Positions 8,319 to 20,300 of a stretch of DNA of 64,000 nt are shown piece after piece. The DNA comes from an uncultured virus (IMG/VR IMGVR_UViG_3300035661_000052) (taxonomy: Duplodnaviria > Heunggongvirae > Uroviricota > Caudoviricetes), in the IMG/VR virus record IMGVR_UViG_3300035661_000052; one strand, given 5' to 3'. The notes below the pieces were generated by a model. The model made no database searches and had not been told where the DNA came from. It worked only from the letters and a program-made list of their open reading frames with translations. The translations under genes were made by a program, and so were the position numbers. How positions within the stretch are numbered: position 1 is the stretch's first letter; each line of letters opens with the position of its first letter.

Positions 8319-11300
8319 CTATTGAAGTGCATCCAGGTCCTTGTTGGCCATGTAAATGCTCTTGTTGATGAGCGTCGTCTGCGGAATTGGGATACCAGCT
8401 TTGGTCATTTTCAGTGCCCACTTTCCAAATGTGTAATCATCGTCAATTATCAGCCTCATGGTAGCGCCAATGGCTTTACCATAGTCTGTTAACACTGAGG
8501 TAGCAGGGATGACATTCTTGGTTACAGATTCAAACACACCCGGAGAAGCATAGAAGTCAATATCCTGTTTACCACGGATAAGCATATTGAGTAGCACTTG
8601 TGTGGTGTAAGCACTCTTCTTGTCATCATCTCCTGCATTGAGATGTTTGAGCATAGCGATGGAGCCTGCGAGTACCAGGAAGTAACCGAGTTCAGATAAG
8701 TTCTTCCTCATATTTTCTGTATCCACACTTTCTTCATCTGTCAGTAGCTTACCACCAATGGTAGTGATACCACTGAAAGGATTGACTTTTACTCCCGGTA
8801 GCAGGCCTATGAGCTGTCTTCCCATTACCATGGCATACCCACCGATACCGATCTGATTATCCAGATTAAAGAAGGAACGGTAACGTCCTTTTACTGCACG
8901 ACCCAGGTTCTCATCAAAGCGTTCATCCTGGAACCTATTATACCATCCCTCAGGTAACCAGCTTGCTCTGAACTGACCAAGCAGTCTACCCAGAATTGTT
9001 TTGTTGATCATCTTGGGAGCATTCTTATCCTGGTTACCGTGTAGGATTACATTCACACGGATAGCCTTATTACGAAACTTGTCCCATTTCGTCTGCTGTT
9101 TAGCAGAAGTACCACTAACCCAATCCTCACTTGGTCCGTGTTTAGCACTGTCATAGTAACCATTTTCATCCAGGCTATCCCAAATAGATAACTCAGGAGT
9201 GATCTTATCGTGCATAGCCATGGCCACAGTAGTAACTCCTTTCATGAAGAAATCAGTCTCCCGCATCATACCGAAAGGATCAGCTATCTTCTTCCAGGTA
9301 GATTTGTTATCACGGAACTCAGGTGCCTTACCATATTTGGATTCAACGTAATCTCCAATGATACCGGCTCTATCCATCATACCCATCACTTTTGTAGCCA
9401 GCTTCTTATCAAAGAGTGCCCTGGTCATCAGAGTACGAGCAGCAGCAACGTGTGCATGGGTAAAGTCCCTTCCTCCAGCAGCATGAATGCTGATGGAGAT
9501 AAGTCCAAAGGTTACGTTCGCCACAGCAGAGAATGGGTTATAAGAGAGTGCCTTCAGTTGATTGATACCGATTAGTTTGTCACCGATCTTCGAACCATAC
9601 ATAGTGAAGCCTTCGTACTTACCAAGCTGCTGGTTGATAGGCTCAATGGCAGCTCCGTACTCTTCCTCTGTCAGTTCTCCTGTTCTGAACTTCTCTTCCA
9701 GTTCTTCCCGTTGAGCAGTCAGTTTTTTCACATCCCGTGTCATCTTGATATGCTTGATAAGATTGAGAGAAAACTTACTTCCCTTTCCGGTATTCTTAGA
9801 GTACAGTTTGCTATTGGTGTTACCCTCCAGTTCCTTTGGTTTGCGGAACATAGAGTAATCCTTTAGGTACTTCAGTGCATCCAACGTATTACGTAATCCC
9901 TTCTGTACTGTAACAACTTTACCATTCTGTTCCATTTGGGTAGAGCCTTCAATCTGAGCTCTATTCACTTCTTTGAGAATAGTTTCTCCCATATCAATGT
10001 AATCTTTGGCAGCAGAAAAATGTTTGTAGTGAATGGCCATCATTGCAAACAGGCGTCCTATACCAATCAGGTCCTTGCTTCTATCCTCAAGAACTAACTT
10101 ATTAGCATTTACAAAGTCAATCGGTATCTTATCAAAGGCACGGTCACTCATCTGTTCTTCCCAGCCGGTAGCAGTTATACTGCGTACAAACTTTTCATTG
10201 AAAGTCTTCACCCAATCTACTACATTGAACATGTTAGCCATCACCTCTTTCCTTACAGCAGGTAGAAAGTCAGCACCTTGCCTGTCTTGTACTGCTTTAG
10301 GCATATAAGAAAGAAACTCATCTATCATATTTTTGTAGTCGTTGTAAAATTGGCTTACTTTAGAATCTTCCATCAATCCTTTGTAATCGTCATTCCACAA
10401 TTCTTTACTGCTTAACTTGGGAGCCATAGCAATATACTCTTCTGTAGCTTCAGAGAAAGAACGTGCGCTGTTGTTACGGTCGAAGAATACATTGGGACTG
10501 TGCTTATTCTGCCACTCCTTCTTCATTACCTCAGCTTCTTCTGCTGTATGCTCATGCAGGACAACGCGTTCATCCAGTACATCAAAATGTGTGTTCTTAT
10601 CTTCAATATACTTCAGGTAACGTTCCTGAGCTCTTGCAAGTAATATCTCTACGTGGTCAGCCCCTACATGTATGGCCAATTCTTCCCGTGCACCTGGGTT
10701 ATCAATCAACTCTCCTGTCGTGGGATTGAAGAAGCGGCGGGTGTCAACGAAGACAGCTTTCTTATCTACCTCCTTCCAGAAAGCTTTCCAGGCTGCTTTC
10801 TTAGGTCCAATAGCGCCGACAGTATCATTGCCAAAGTTCTTCTCAATATCGGCAATAGTTGCATTACGTTTGGCAATGATGGAGCGTCTCCATTCAAACC
10901 ATTCCTTACTATACTGCATAGTCAAACCCAAAGATTTGGCACTGGTTTGAGTCATCTTATTATACAATGCTTCCAGTCCCTTCTTTCCACCTGTATGAGC
11001 AAGCATGTTTTTCTCCAGTTTGTTGAGTTTCTGCATCGCCTCATAACACTCCTCATCTCTTTGACGGGCTGTAGTTTCAATAAAATTAGCCACATGAGAA
11101 GTCACTGTACTCTTAGCTGCTGAAGAGAGTGAGCGTAGTAGCTTCTGATCCATACTAATGTCTTCTACCTGTTCAAAGTCTTTGGTACTGCGAATCACTC
11201 CAGCACTCACATCTACCATATAGTCTTTGCCTTTACTCAGTAACCTATGTACAAAGTTACCAGACTGGTTAGCCAACTGAGATAGTTCGGGATCAACACT

Positions 11301-14300
11301 CGTGGCACTATCACCATACAGCAGCTCAACTATGCCTCTCCACATCTGAGCGATGCGTACAGCATTCATGATCTCATTTTCATTGGGCTTCTCCTTAGCG
11401 TCTATACGGGCAACCCACTGCAGATGTTTCTTTCCAATTTCACTCACCTGCATTAGATCCTGGCTATCCGCCAGTTTCTTAATATCCTCTTCAATCTCTT
11501 TAATCTTATACCGTTTATCTAACCGTGATCTGTTGTCAGTTACTCCGGTGTAGGAGTTAATGAGATCCTGTTTTTGCTCAGTAAGTTTACCGATCACTTT
11601 GTCAATGGCTGAGATTTCTTTAGTATTGATACTTGCATTGCTTAGATCACTGAACAGTTCAGTTGAACTCATTACACTGGCAGGAGCTCTCAATACCATA
11701 TCGTGTGTTAGCAGATCCAAAGTACGCTTAACACTGGTCTCAGCGAGTGTACCATTCTGTACTCCCAGTGCAGTCTGCAATGCATTCCACACTTTGGCAA
11801 ACAGGTCCTTGATCTTATTCAGCAGACTGGTTTTGTCCTCAGATTTAATTGAATTGAGGAAAGTAATCGTTCTGCTGTCAGAAAGAATATGGGAGACAAA
11901 CTCAGTAGCATTGTTCAATGAATAGTACAGTTTACCATATTCAGTATCATGATCCGTTTTCAGCAGTTCAAAGTACTCACTGCCAAATTTGGTAACTACT
12001 CTTTTCCTCAATTCAGCCATAGCTTCCTTCCTTGCATCTTCTACAGCAGATAATTTCTGTTGCAGTTCAGGATGTCCATCAATGAATGCCTTAGCTTCAC
12101 GTAACTTAGCCAGGGTACGGGAATTGACTCCCCGTGCGGCCCAACTGGCTTCGCCTTCCATAGCCATAGTCATCAGAGCTGTGTGGTAGTGAATGTTCTC
12201 ATGAATGATGTTAGCTGCCAGTAGTTGTTTGTTACCAATTCCTGGAATAGAGAAAGTCATTTTGTTACTACCAGAGTTAAATGTAGCTGCTGTACCAGAT
12301 GGAAGAGAACTGAACTCATAGCTGAAAGCCCTATTCATTCCAAACACATTTTCATAGGCAAACGCTTCAGCCGGGTTACGCTGCATGTTACCCAGTACTT
12401 CAGCCATAGCACGGATGTGCGCTGGTTGACCTCCGTCTCGGGCAATGACACTCATAGAGTTGATTATATCTTGCAGACCCCCAGTCTCTTTAGTGATACC
12501 TACTTGACGCATGGCAATAGTATGAGCACCAGCAGTTGTAAGACTATCCATCACACTGTTGCTTAGCTTTCGGTACTCAGGACTGATGTGTTCAAACCAG
12601 GGAGCACGGTTATCGGCCACAACTGAGCGTAAACCTTTCTGATCTACCTGTCCGGCAGACTCTGCATATTCACTGAGCTGCAGTTTGCTGTCTCCTAGTG
12701 TGTCGATGCGTGCAAACAGTGGCTTAGCCGTTCCAGGTACCATCCCCATATTCTTGTACAGGTACCACTTGTTCTCTTTTCTGTAAGAGAGGTATGTTGG
12801 GTAATCTGTGAATTTCTTTCCATCATCTGTAGTCATGGTTACTGCCAGAGCAGCTGCAAGATTACCTGTATTATCATCTGCGTTGTATATAGGCAATGCG
12901 AATGTATCCGGAGCTATAGCTGGTTTTCCGATCTCATCCAATTCAGCAGACAACTGCCGGGCGAGATGTGGATTGTGCTGAAAGATCTGTTCTACCAGAG
13001 CTTCACTATCATTGAACTTACTGATCTCATTGAACTGTTCCCGCAGACCGAAAGCAATCTGACTTCCCTCAATGGTTGCCCATGGAATGTACTTGATGAA
13101 GTTCCTGGTTCCCTGTAAGCCTCCGATGAGGTAGTTGTATCTCACCATATCAAATCCCAGAGCTTTCTTCACAGGATCTTCAGAGGTAAGCATAGTTAGC
13201 CACGCCTTTGAATTTTCCACATCATCGGCCATACTGGCCTTGGATGCATTGTACTCAATCATATCAGGACGTACACCGTTAGGATCAATGTCTGTCTGTA
13301 ACCTCTGTAACAAATAATCATTTTTTCCCCAGGTACTCTTAGCTGAAAGTAATCTCTGTGCTAAGCTAAGATTACTTCCATGAGAGAAAAGTAATCTTAC
13401 CCGTTCAGTATAGGCATCACTGTAGAGACCAAGTTTCTTGGAATTGAAAGCAAAGGACTTCATAGCATTGAAGACAAGTTTCTTCTGCTCATTATTCAAT
13501 CCATCCTTACCCGCTAATTCCATCACACTGTTGTAAGACTTTTGAAGAGCCTTGTACGGAAGTTCAGGACTATAGAGATCCAGTGCTGTATTCACAGTAC
13601 TGTCATAAGTCACACCCACTTCAGTGAGACCATTCTTCTTGTTACCAAACACCTGCTGTGTATTAGAGAGGAACTTCTCACTGGTAGTATTTGGCTTGGC
13701 ACGTTTCTCAACTGTGTTCAGCACACCCAGCATATCTTTGCCGGCACCACGGGTATCCTGTGCCATAGTAGACTGCAAGGTTACCAACTGTGAGCCTATG
13801 TCATCAAATTGTTTAAAGAGTTTCAATGCGGCCTGCTGTAAGGTATTGAACTCAGTAGTACCAGGTTTTAGTTTCAATGCTTCCCGCATCTTCTCTGGAT
13901 TAAGTAGTACTTCATCTACCTTCTCCCAGTCAACATCAGTTTCATATTTAGTGGTCAGATCAATGAATACCTTATCTTTCACCTTGCTTTCAAAATTCAC
14001 ACTCAATGTATCATTAGCAGTACTTAATGCAGCAGAGAATTCCCTCACTATTGGCTGCATCAACAGCAAGGCGTTGTATTCCAGGTTGATTGATTTACCG
14101 GGTACAAAGTCAGCTTCTCCTGGTGTACCCTGATCTGCTGTTTGCAAACGGGACATGGCCAGTGAAGCAGCAGACGTATTCGGGTCCAAATTGATCTTAT
14201 CAATTACACGGTTCTTGGCGTGATCCACAGACTCACTTTGTTGTATCTGTACGTTATCAGACTTTGTCCGACGTTCCCCCTTGTAAGTAGTCTCACCGAA

Positions 14301-17300
14301 GCCAGACAGCTCGCTCAGGTGTAAGGGGTTACCTTCTTCATCAGCTACAGTGATAGCTGTAGACTGTGTATACTTACCGGCTTCCTCAACTACCCATTCA
14401 GCCAATCCTACTGTACTGGTTTGTAATACAGCGTTACTGGTAAGGGCCAATGAGGTTTGACCTACAAGTACCTTGGCGCCTTTCATACTCTGGAAGTCAC
14501 TCAGTTGGTAAGTGGGAGAGAAGTAGTACGGCACTTTTCCTTCAGCGGGTGAAAGTTCATCCGCCATATCTTTCAGGTCATTCTTATCCAATGGGCTCAT
14601 GATGGAATCCAGCATTTCCGGATTGGTCAGTGTACTCCAGTGAACATCGAAGTAGTCATTATCCAATCCTTCAGCAGCTGAGAGTTTTCCTCCGTCTGCT
14701 GTATAAGATCTGTGGTAAGTGTAGAGCTTATCCACATCGAAGTCAGCTCCCATTTGCTTGGTAATACCAGCGGGTACCACAATCATGTCGCCCATGTTTT
14801 GAGGAAGGAAGCCAACGATTTCGATTGGAAGCATGGAGCTATGCCCCTGATTAGGAATACGAGCACCTACCAGTTGAAAGAGTTCCGGTGGCATCTTTTC
14901 TGTATCCAGCATCTTCTTATTATCCACTTCTTTGATGAAGTCTTGTATGTTTAATCTGCTGTCAGAAAAATAGTTAAAGCCTACGAGTACCTGAGCTGGA
15001 ACTACAGCACCATCCTCCCCAATATGAGCAGTCTTCAGATTACCATCGAACGGCTTGGTCCATACTATCTGGCTGCGGTCAAGGTTGCTATCTTCCCATG
15101 TAGCCAGTGTCCTGAACCCGGCAGGTGAAGCCTGAATAAATGAATGGCCTGGCATCTTGATTTTGACGATCTTTTTTACCATAGACATCATCATTCCTTC
15201 GAATTTACTGAATGAAGGGGTGAATGCCAGTGGCACCACAAGTTCATCTTGTCCTTCCATGTAACTGGTAAGTGCCAGCAGATCATTGACAGTGTAACCA
15301 TCACGATCTTTGGCTTCCTTAGCCAGCAGGTTGTAGAATTTCTTCTTATCCTTGAAGCGTATAACATCCTTGTCAACATCATAGATAGCTCCAACCTTAT
15401 CCAGGAACTTAGCGTGAGACTGTGTAATGAGTTGCTTGCGTATGTCTTCTTTGATTTGTCTTAATTCAGCACCGCTTTTCTCCTTACCACGGTATATGAA
15501 CTTCTTCTGTATTGTAGGTATTTTTTCAGTGATGTTCTTGTTCATCTGGCTCACAGTCAGGATAGCATCCTTATCTTCATCGTAAGGATTGTCCTGCTGA
15601 CGACCATTGAATTCTCTGGGTATGTACTGCCTGGAATCAGCGATCCAATCAGTTGTAGTGAAAGTATCATCTCTCACCTTACCATTATCGTCAAATAGTT
15701 TGAGAATTTTAACCGGTCCTCCCATTTTCTTAGCAGAAATGAAATTCAATCTGTCAATACCAGTTTCAGGATGCTCCATTGCAATTCTCAATTTGTCCAG
15801 TTCCAATCCTTCAATGAATGGTGGATAAAGTGGAAATGCCGATGCTTTAGTATAAGTATAGGGCATCATTCCTTCCATTGGTGGCATTAATCCAGCCTCA
15901 ACATTCTTTCTTGGTTGTAGAATGATAGATTCAAGATCAGGTCCAAAGTTGTAGAACTTGCCATTAGCTTTTGTAATAATTCCAATAGCCTTATTGTACT
16001 GCTCCTGTGTAACATCCCCATAGGTACGGGCATCATTTAAGTACTCACGCATTGTCCAAATTTCCTGTGCATCTGTAGCATTAGCTGGTTTTTTGTAAGA
16101 AGGTATCTGACTTAATTCGTGTATCACTGGTTCCCAGTCTTCTGCTGTAACAGATGTATATCCAGGACTATGGCTTGTATCTCCATCCTTACGTGGAGCA
16201 ATATCTTTAGCTAAACGTTTACCATATTCAATCAGCGTCGCATTAAGAACCTCGTCATGTTTACCTGTAAGTACATTTTCTTCTCTATCTGTAGTTCCTT
16301 TTGGAGCTTTAAATGCATTGGCAGGGTCACCATAGAATAACTGGCTTAATCCGGTATTGAACAGGAATGAGTTCAGTGTGTAGTCTGCGGCGGCCAGATC
16401 AATATGTAATTTCTGAACCAATTCATCAGGTACTCTTTCTTCACCATCCATCCACACGAACTTGTTACCTTCTTTAGCCTGGCTCAATCCTATTCCTTTT
16501 AGCAGACCATTGTAGTACCATTTACTTCCTGGCAGTCCGGCTTTAATCAATTTACTATCAGTCCAGCTCTGTTTGGTAGCCTCAATCATTTCATTCAGCT
16601 GACGGGCGATGAGCTTCTTAGCTGTAGCCTCAAAAAGTACATTGTCCTGATTATTCAATACCCATTGTCCATCTTTGCCCTGATTCCAGATAGCTTTCAT
16701 CTCACCCTCAGTAAGCTTTCTTTCTTTAACAGCAGACGACATCTGCTGGTGATTGAAAGCGGGGAATAGATAGAAGTACTTCTTGCCATTAGCATAGTTA
16801 CGGATGTTCTCACCTCCAGGTTGAATGGCACGCTGATGTTCACTCAGGAATACACTTCTGTACATCGTGTCCAATACTGTATCTGAGATATAGAGTTTAC
16901 CATTCTTGCGTACTCTGGTGTCAGCGAGACGGGGGGCATTCATGAACACAGGTGTCTTGGTTTTATCTGAATGTGTCAATGAAACCATGTGCCCTGTCTC
17001 ACGACCACTGTTCTGAAATAGTCCCAGTAGTGTCAGCCATTGTTCGCGATCGCTCATGTCAGGCCGGGTAACACCATCGCGTGAACCATAGCGGTTCTTT
17101 AGTCCATCCAGATACACCAATTCGAATTTACTCAGTACACTGGGATTCAGTGCAGAGAGTAACCAACTGTTTTTGGCAAAGTAACTATTCTGAAATGACT
17201 GTCTGTAAGCTTCATCTTCTTTAAACTTCCTCACTGCATGGGATACAGCAGAATTTAATCCGAAGCTGTAGATCGTCTTGCCCTCAGCAGACTTATGTGT

Positions 17301-20300
17301 CTGGCTATAGACTTGAGTAGTATATTTTAGTTGTGCCTTGGCCAGTATCTTGATAGCAGTGTTCTCCACATACAATGGATTGTTCGCCTTGTATGCTTCA
17401 TAGTCTTCACCATTCTCCAGTTCCTCTGGTCGGGCAGCTTGAGTCAATCTCCAGGCAAGTACATCAACAAGTCCTATCGGTTTACCCTCCTCACTTATAC
17501 CAGCGTACATATTATTTAAAGATAATCCCTTTGACAATTGATTAAATAGTAATGAAGTATCTCTATCAGGAATCAATTCTGCTATTGCCTTATCGTCCAT
17601 AGTAATTCCTATAGCAGTAGACAGTCTTTTAAAGTAATCACGTTTTTCTACTACCCAATCTTTCTTCTGTTGTGCCAATTCTAAATCCTTCTTATTACGC
17701 TTCTTAGAGTATTCTTTAGGGTGCAGCTTATCATCCTCTTTAGTCATTTGATAGGCACGGGGCTGTCTGCTGTAGAGTAAAGTCAATTCTTTTTGAAACT
17801 CTTTAGCCTGATCTTCATCAATAATAGTCTGACCAGCAGCATTCTTTGTCAGTAGACCAGCAGTCTTTTGTGCTTCTTGCCAGTACCGCTGCAATGTCTG
17901 CACTTCACTTCCCCGGTTAGAGTCAATGACGCTGGGTTCCAGATAGCCATCTTTACTCCGCGTCATGAGTACCATCAGCATACGCTGGTACTGAGAAGAC
18001 ATCACGGCAACGAACTGTTTTACAATATGATCTTTTTTATCTTCAATTGCTTTCTCCAATCTTTCAGCTATCCGTTGCATATTAGCGTTGCCTGTAGCTT
18101 TTAATGCAGCGAGGTACCCTTCAACCGACGGTTCTCTTCCAGCCAATAGTGCAGAAGCATCTTGAAATGTCTGTTCGAAGTTGGCCAATTTGTTAGCTCC
18201 AAGGAAGTTTACTTCAGGAGCAAGTACATGTGTCCTCTGAACGTATGGAGTAACATGGAGCACTACATCTCCTTCAGCAGGTGTATGGCCTTCCTGTTCC
18301 TGTATGCGTTTCACAGTAATTGCATCTGCAGAGTCGGCTGTTGTCCATGTACGGATGGCAGATAGTCGTAAAGGTTTACCATCAATAATGATTGTCTTTT
18401 GAGACCTTGAATCTCTTTCAGTAGAAATTAATTTGGGAGATAGATTTGATAAAGCAGTAATGCCTAAGTCCTTTGCATTTTTAGCAGTCATAATTAAATC
18501 AGACTTTAATCCCCTCTGTAGTAAACTTCTGGTTTCAGGGTTTCTAATGTAGGAATCAAAGTCTGCAGTCACATCCTCAGGTTTAGGCTCGTTCATGAAC
18601 TTACTCTCAGGAGTGCTCATGAACCATAACTTCAAATCAGTACTCATGGTATCTTTCATATCCATCTCAAAACTGCTGTCACCTCTGTCCTTAGTAATAG
18701 CACCTTCTTCAATTTGCAACTCACCATTTTCATCTTCAATATAGGCGTTGCCATCTGCCCCAGTTTCTATAATTTCACCTTCTTTCATTTTGATCTTCAT
18801 ACTACGTAACCGTTCTATAGCGAAGTTCCAAAGATGATTTTGCTCCTTGGCTATATAGAAAGAATTGATAATATTGGTATAAGTATCCACCATAGACCTG
18901 GAATTTTCTGAAGCAGCAATCTTCTTACTCTTACCATCATTGATAATTCCCCACAGCTGACGTGATCTTTCTAATTTACCGTGTACTTCATCTCTCATGT
19001 ACTTCATGGTGGACTTACCGGCAAGCTTACCTTTCTGGTCAGTACTGTCCTGCAGATCAGAATAGATGTTATAGAACTGGAACAAGATCGTGTTTAGTAC
19101 TTCATGCTGCACTTCCAGATCAAAGTACTTGCCCGTAGGTTGACCATCTATATCACGAATCTGGGCCACGATGAGCTTCATCTGCTTCTCTATAACAGTA
19201 GGATCAAGGTTGAGTGGATTGCCATCTTCCATTATCAGGCCTTTGGCGAAATTCTTAGGGATGTTCTGTATAGAAGCAAACATAGAGTTCTCAAACCGCA
19301 CGTTAGGTGGTACGTTGTCCTTATCCAGTAGGTTTGCCAGTTGAGCACCAGTGACTCTTTCTTTGTTGTCAAGCCAGATTATATCTGTGGGAACCAGTGG
19401 TATAGTGAACTGCTTGGAAGGATTACTCCCTGCCTCAGTGTAGATGGATTCAATTGTTTTGTTCAGTTCAGGTAAAGTCTTTGCATTGAATCTATCTCGG
19501 GGAATAGAAGTCTCAGGTGCAGTTGATTTGCTGTAGTTGATCAGATTGTATCCATGTTGAGTACTCACCTTGAACCAGTCATTCCCATGCTCATCGGTGA
19601 TACGCTCTACATTCTGCTTACCGTACTGCTTGTTGAGTACATTCTGTACACGGGTTTCATAGAAGCTTTCGATGGGTTTGAGCTTCTCAATACCTTGAGA
19701 TTTGAGATCAGCTTTCTTCTGTTCAAGACTTTTAATCTCCTCTTCTATATTACTTTCATTCACATACAAATTCTTATCTACATACAACTGTCCATCATAC
19801 TGAGGATTATTTTCTGTAGCAAATTTATCTGCCTCTTCAACAGTATTAAATGAGGCTCTTGCATCTCCAAATAAATATACGACATGCTGTTGAATATTCT
19901 TTTCCTTTAAAGCTTTTATTGAGGTATCTATTCGAGTAAGTTCATTAGCTAATGTCTCATGCCCCTCAATCTTAGCAGCAGTCTCACCAGCAGGAAACAG
20001 TACACTTTCATATCCTTTTTTGGCTGAGTCTTGTACGATGGACTTGACGAAGAAGGTTACCCAGTTGTTGTCTTTGTTGAGGAGTTGTAGGAACTGATTC
20101 TGTTTTACAGTTTCTTGGTCTAAAGTAGGTTGAGCTTTATCTATTAGGTCAAGCATTTCCGCATAAGAAATCTTCCCTTCGTCATGTTGTTCTTTGTACT
20201 TCATCCTAATATTATGCAATTCTTCACCTCTTTCAAAATCTTCATCAGGAGTACCATCAATTAACTCAGCGGCTAAATATTCACTATTCCGTCCCTTCTG